Origin: Trypanosoma brucei
Taxonomy: Eukaryota
NCBI GenBank assembly: GCA_000002445.1
Contig: CH464491.1
Location: 4,096,001 to 4,160,000 of the forward strand
DNA length: 64,000 nt
Reading direction: 5' to 3'
The translations under genes were made by a program, and so were the position numbers. Positions 62,412 through 64,000 of the stretch are shown here, piece after piece; the first letter of the stretch is position 1; each line of letters begins with the position of its first letter. The notes under the pieces are model-generated. The model was not told where the DNA came from and ran no database searches. It saw only the letters and a list, made by a program, of their open reading frames with translations.

Positions 62412-64000
62412 GATTCCCTGGGACGAGTGTGAAACAAAAAGAAGCTACCTGTCAAACTGCACGAAACCGGAAGGAAACACGCCAGAGTTCAGCGCCCGGT
62501 TTTATTCTAGTTCACAGTTTACGCGCAATGAACGCCACTGCCCATTTTAAGGAGAAAACGAACCGACAAAAAAAGAAGAGGAGAGGAGAGAAAAAACGTA
62601 TACGAGTGAAGTTTATTCACCAGGTGCACACGGCAACCACGACACTGCACCACGTCATAATGAGCACCGAGAGCTCAACCATGTACATCAACAATGACAA
62701 CAGAGGAAGGATCAGTTTCTCTCTTTTAAGAAAAAAAAAAAAGAAAACAACAACGAAACGAAGAAACAAAGGCGATGTTGCCCTATGCCACCGGAGAACT
62801 GTAAGTCTCGAAGATGTCTGGTGGGTCAAAATCGTTTTGCACCTCCGCTTTACAGGTTGAATCTTATCACATCATGCACTAATCAAAAGTAAAAGAAAAA
62901 GAGTTCTCCTATTCACGGCTGAGCACTGTAAACGCTTGCTGTTAACATATATTTTCCTTCACCGTCGCGAAAATTAAAAAAAAAGGAATATGACAGAAAT
63001 AACAACTGGATAATTAAAAATGAAAAGACATCCTCTAATGCAGTTTAATCGCCAAAACTTCCGCTGCGTTTCATTTTTCCTTCCCTCCAAACTGCTTTCC
63101 GATCAGTTACGCTCCGTTCAAGCCACCTGCTTCGTCTTTTCTGTTCCACTGTGAAGCAGCGCTTTTTTACACACAGACAAACATGCACGAAAATTTGGAT
63201 GGGCAAAAGAAATTTGCAGCAAATCACAAAGATGCGAATTCTGTTACGAAAACGAGCTGAAGAGACTTCGGCCGCTGCATTTATCGACCACCGTCACTTC
63301 TTTTCTTTTCTTTTCTTTTTTTTTTGAATAATTTACCCCTTTTTCTTTTCCTTTCATTCCCTCCTCCCCGACCCCAAAACCCCTCCCTCCTCTTTACTTT
63401 TCTCCTGTTTCCTTTTCTTTCCTTTCCTTTCCTTCTTTCTTTTGATGACGCACTTCAACTCTCCCTCTCTCCCTTTTTTTTTTCGACATTTACTCCATTC
63501 ATCATTCGACACGTCACACCTTCTTACTTTCTCCTTCAAGTGGCCCAACCAAACAGACGTACTGCCCCCAATATGCACTTCTTTTTTTTTTTCTTCAACA
63601 AAAGAAAAAACAATCATTTTCCCTCTATTTTAAAGATCACTAATTATATGCTTATTACTAATTATTATTGTTATTTGTGCATCTGACCCTTAACGATCCT
63701 CACATTTATATGAATATTTATGCGAGTGTAAATATGTGCATGCGGAGTATTACCGTCACAATCATCTTCACTGGCGCCATTCCATCCCTCCGTCCATTAT
63801 ATATCCTCCAACTCTGCTGTATTCTTTTTTTTTTCCTTCTTTTTTTTCTTTTCTCCCCTTCAGCTCTCCCCGTTACTTAAACGCGTTTTGTTTATTTCAT
63901 TAATTTAATGACGCTAATATTAATAATTCTCTACCCGATGTACACTAGCCGTATTTTTCCCCCCCCTTGCATTATTACACTTTATTACTAAAATATGTCT
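62412..64000. promoter_or_regulatory. candidate strand-switch / transcription-unit boundary region upstream of the first minus-strand gene in the window
   Basis: No credible ORF on either strand. Purine-rich + strand (polyY on the minus strand) at about 62690..62770, immediately 5' of the 960-aa gene. Further out the polarity flips to long pyrimidine tracts on the + strand (63300..63480 ttttcttttcttttctttttttttt...ccctccctcctctttacttttctcctgtttccttttctttcctttcc; 63795..63860), as expected 5' of a + strand gene lying beyond the window. Confidence 0.35.

Noticed and set aside
1-64000. Possibility of a prokaryotic-style novel defence or accessory system (operons, CRISPR arrays, toxin-antitoxin, mobile elements)
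   Set aside because: The architecture is eukaryotic and kinetoplastid. Every gene is unidirectional and separated by 0.3-3 kb AT-rich spacers with polyY tracts and microsatellites. The products are eukaryote-specific (L27e, PRP6, TRAPP, AAAP transporters). There are no RBS-spaced overlapping genes, no CRISPR repeats, no IS or transposase ORFs and no integrase. I found nothing resembling a bacterial system.

Overview
This window reads as nuclear DNA from a kinetoplastid (Trypanosoma-like) chromosome, not a prokaryotic locus. Every credible gene (about 27) lies on the minus strand, one after another with no introns. The genes are separated by AT-rich spacers carrying poly-A/poly-T runs, microsatellites such as (TA)n, (CA)n/(GT)n and (CAAA)n, and purine tracts on the + strand (polypyrimidine on the coding strand) of the kind that precede trans-splice acceptor sites. 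This is the signature of a single RNA polymerase II polycistronic transcription unit. There are no rRNA, tRNA or CRISPR features, no operons, and I do not see a bacterial-style defence system. The long + strand ORFs are antisense shadows of minus-strand genes or translations of low-complexity spacer. The supplied ORF track also uses non-ATG starts: I confirmed TTG and GTG first codons at several ORFs, so I moved several 5' ends to the first plausible ATG. Recognisable products are: a PRP6-like splicing factor, partial at the window edge; a 1417-aa protein with two tandem AMP-deaminase-like domains in which the metal ligands and catalytic Asp pair are replaced by Asn/Gln; a mitochondrial-type Fe/Mn superoxide dismutase with an N-terminal extension; a Trm3/TARBP1-like giant SpoU methyltransferase; two near-identical amino-acid transporter genes inside a 3.5-kb segmental duplication; two identical ribosomal protein L27 genes inside a 0.6-kb duplication; a cytosolic-type Fe-SOD next to a non-selenium glutathione-peroxidase-like (tryparedoxin-peroxidase-type) gene; a Bet5/TRAPP-like subunit; a ZC2HC-type zinc-finger protein with an internal charged tandem repeat; a twin-Cx9C (CHCH) mini-protein; and a LYR-motif protein. 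The remaining large ORFs are kinetoplastid-style hypothetical proteins. The most interesting items are the doubly dead AMP-deaminase-like pseudoenzyme, the structure of the transporter duplication (mosaic flank, truncated gene remnant, clustered substitutions, microsatellite length difference), and a likely strand-switch region at the 3' end of the window.
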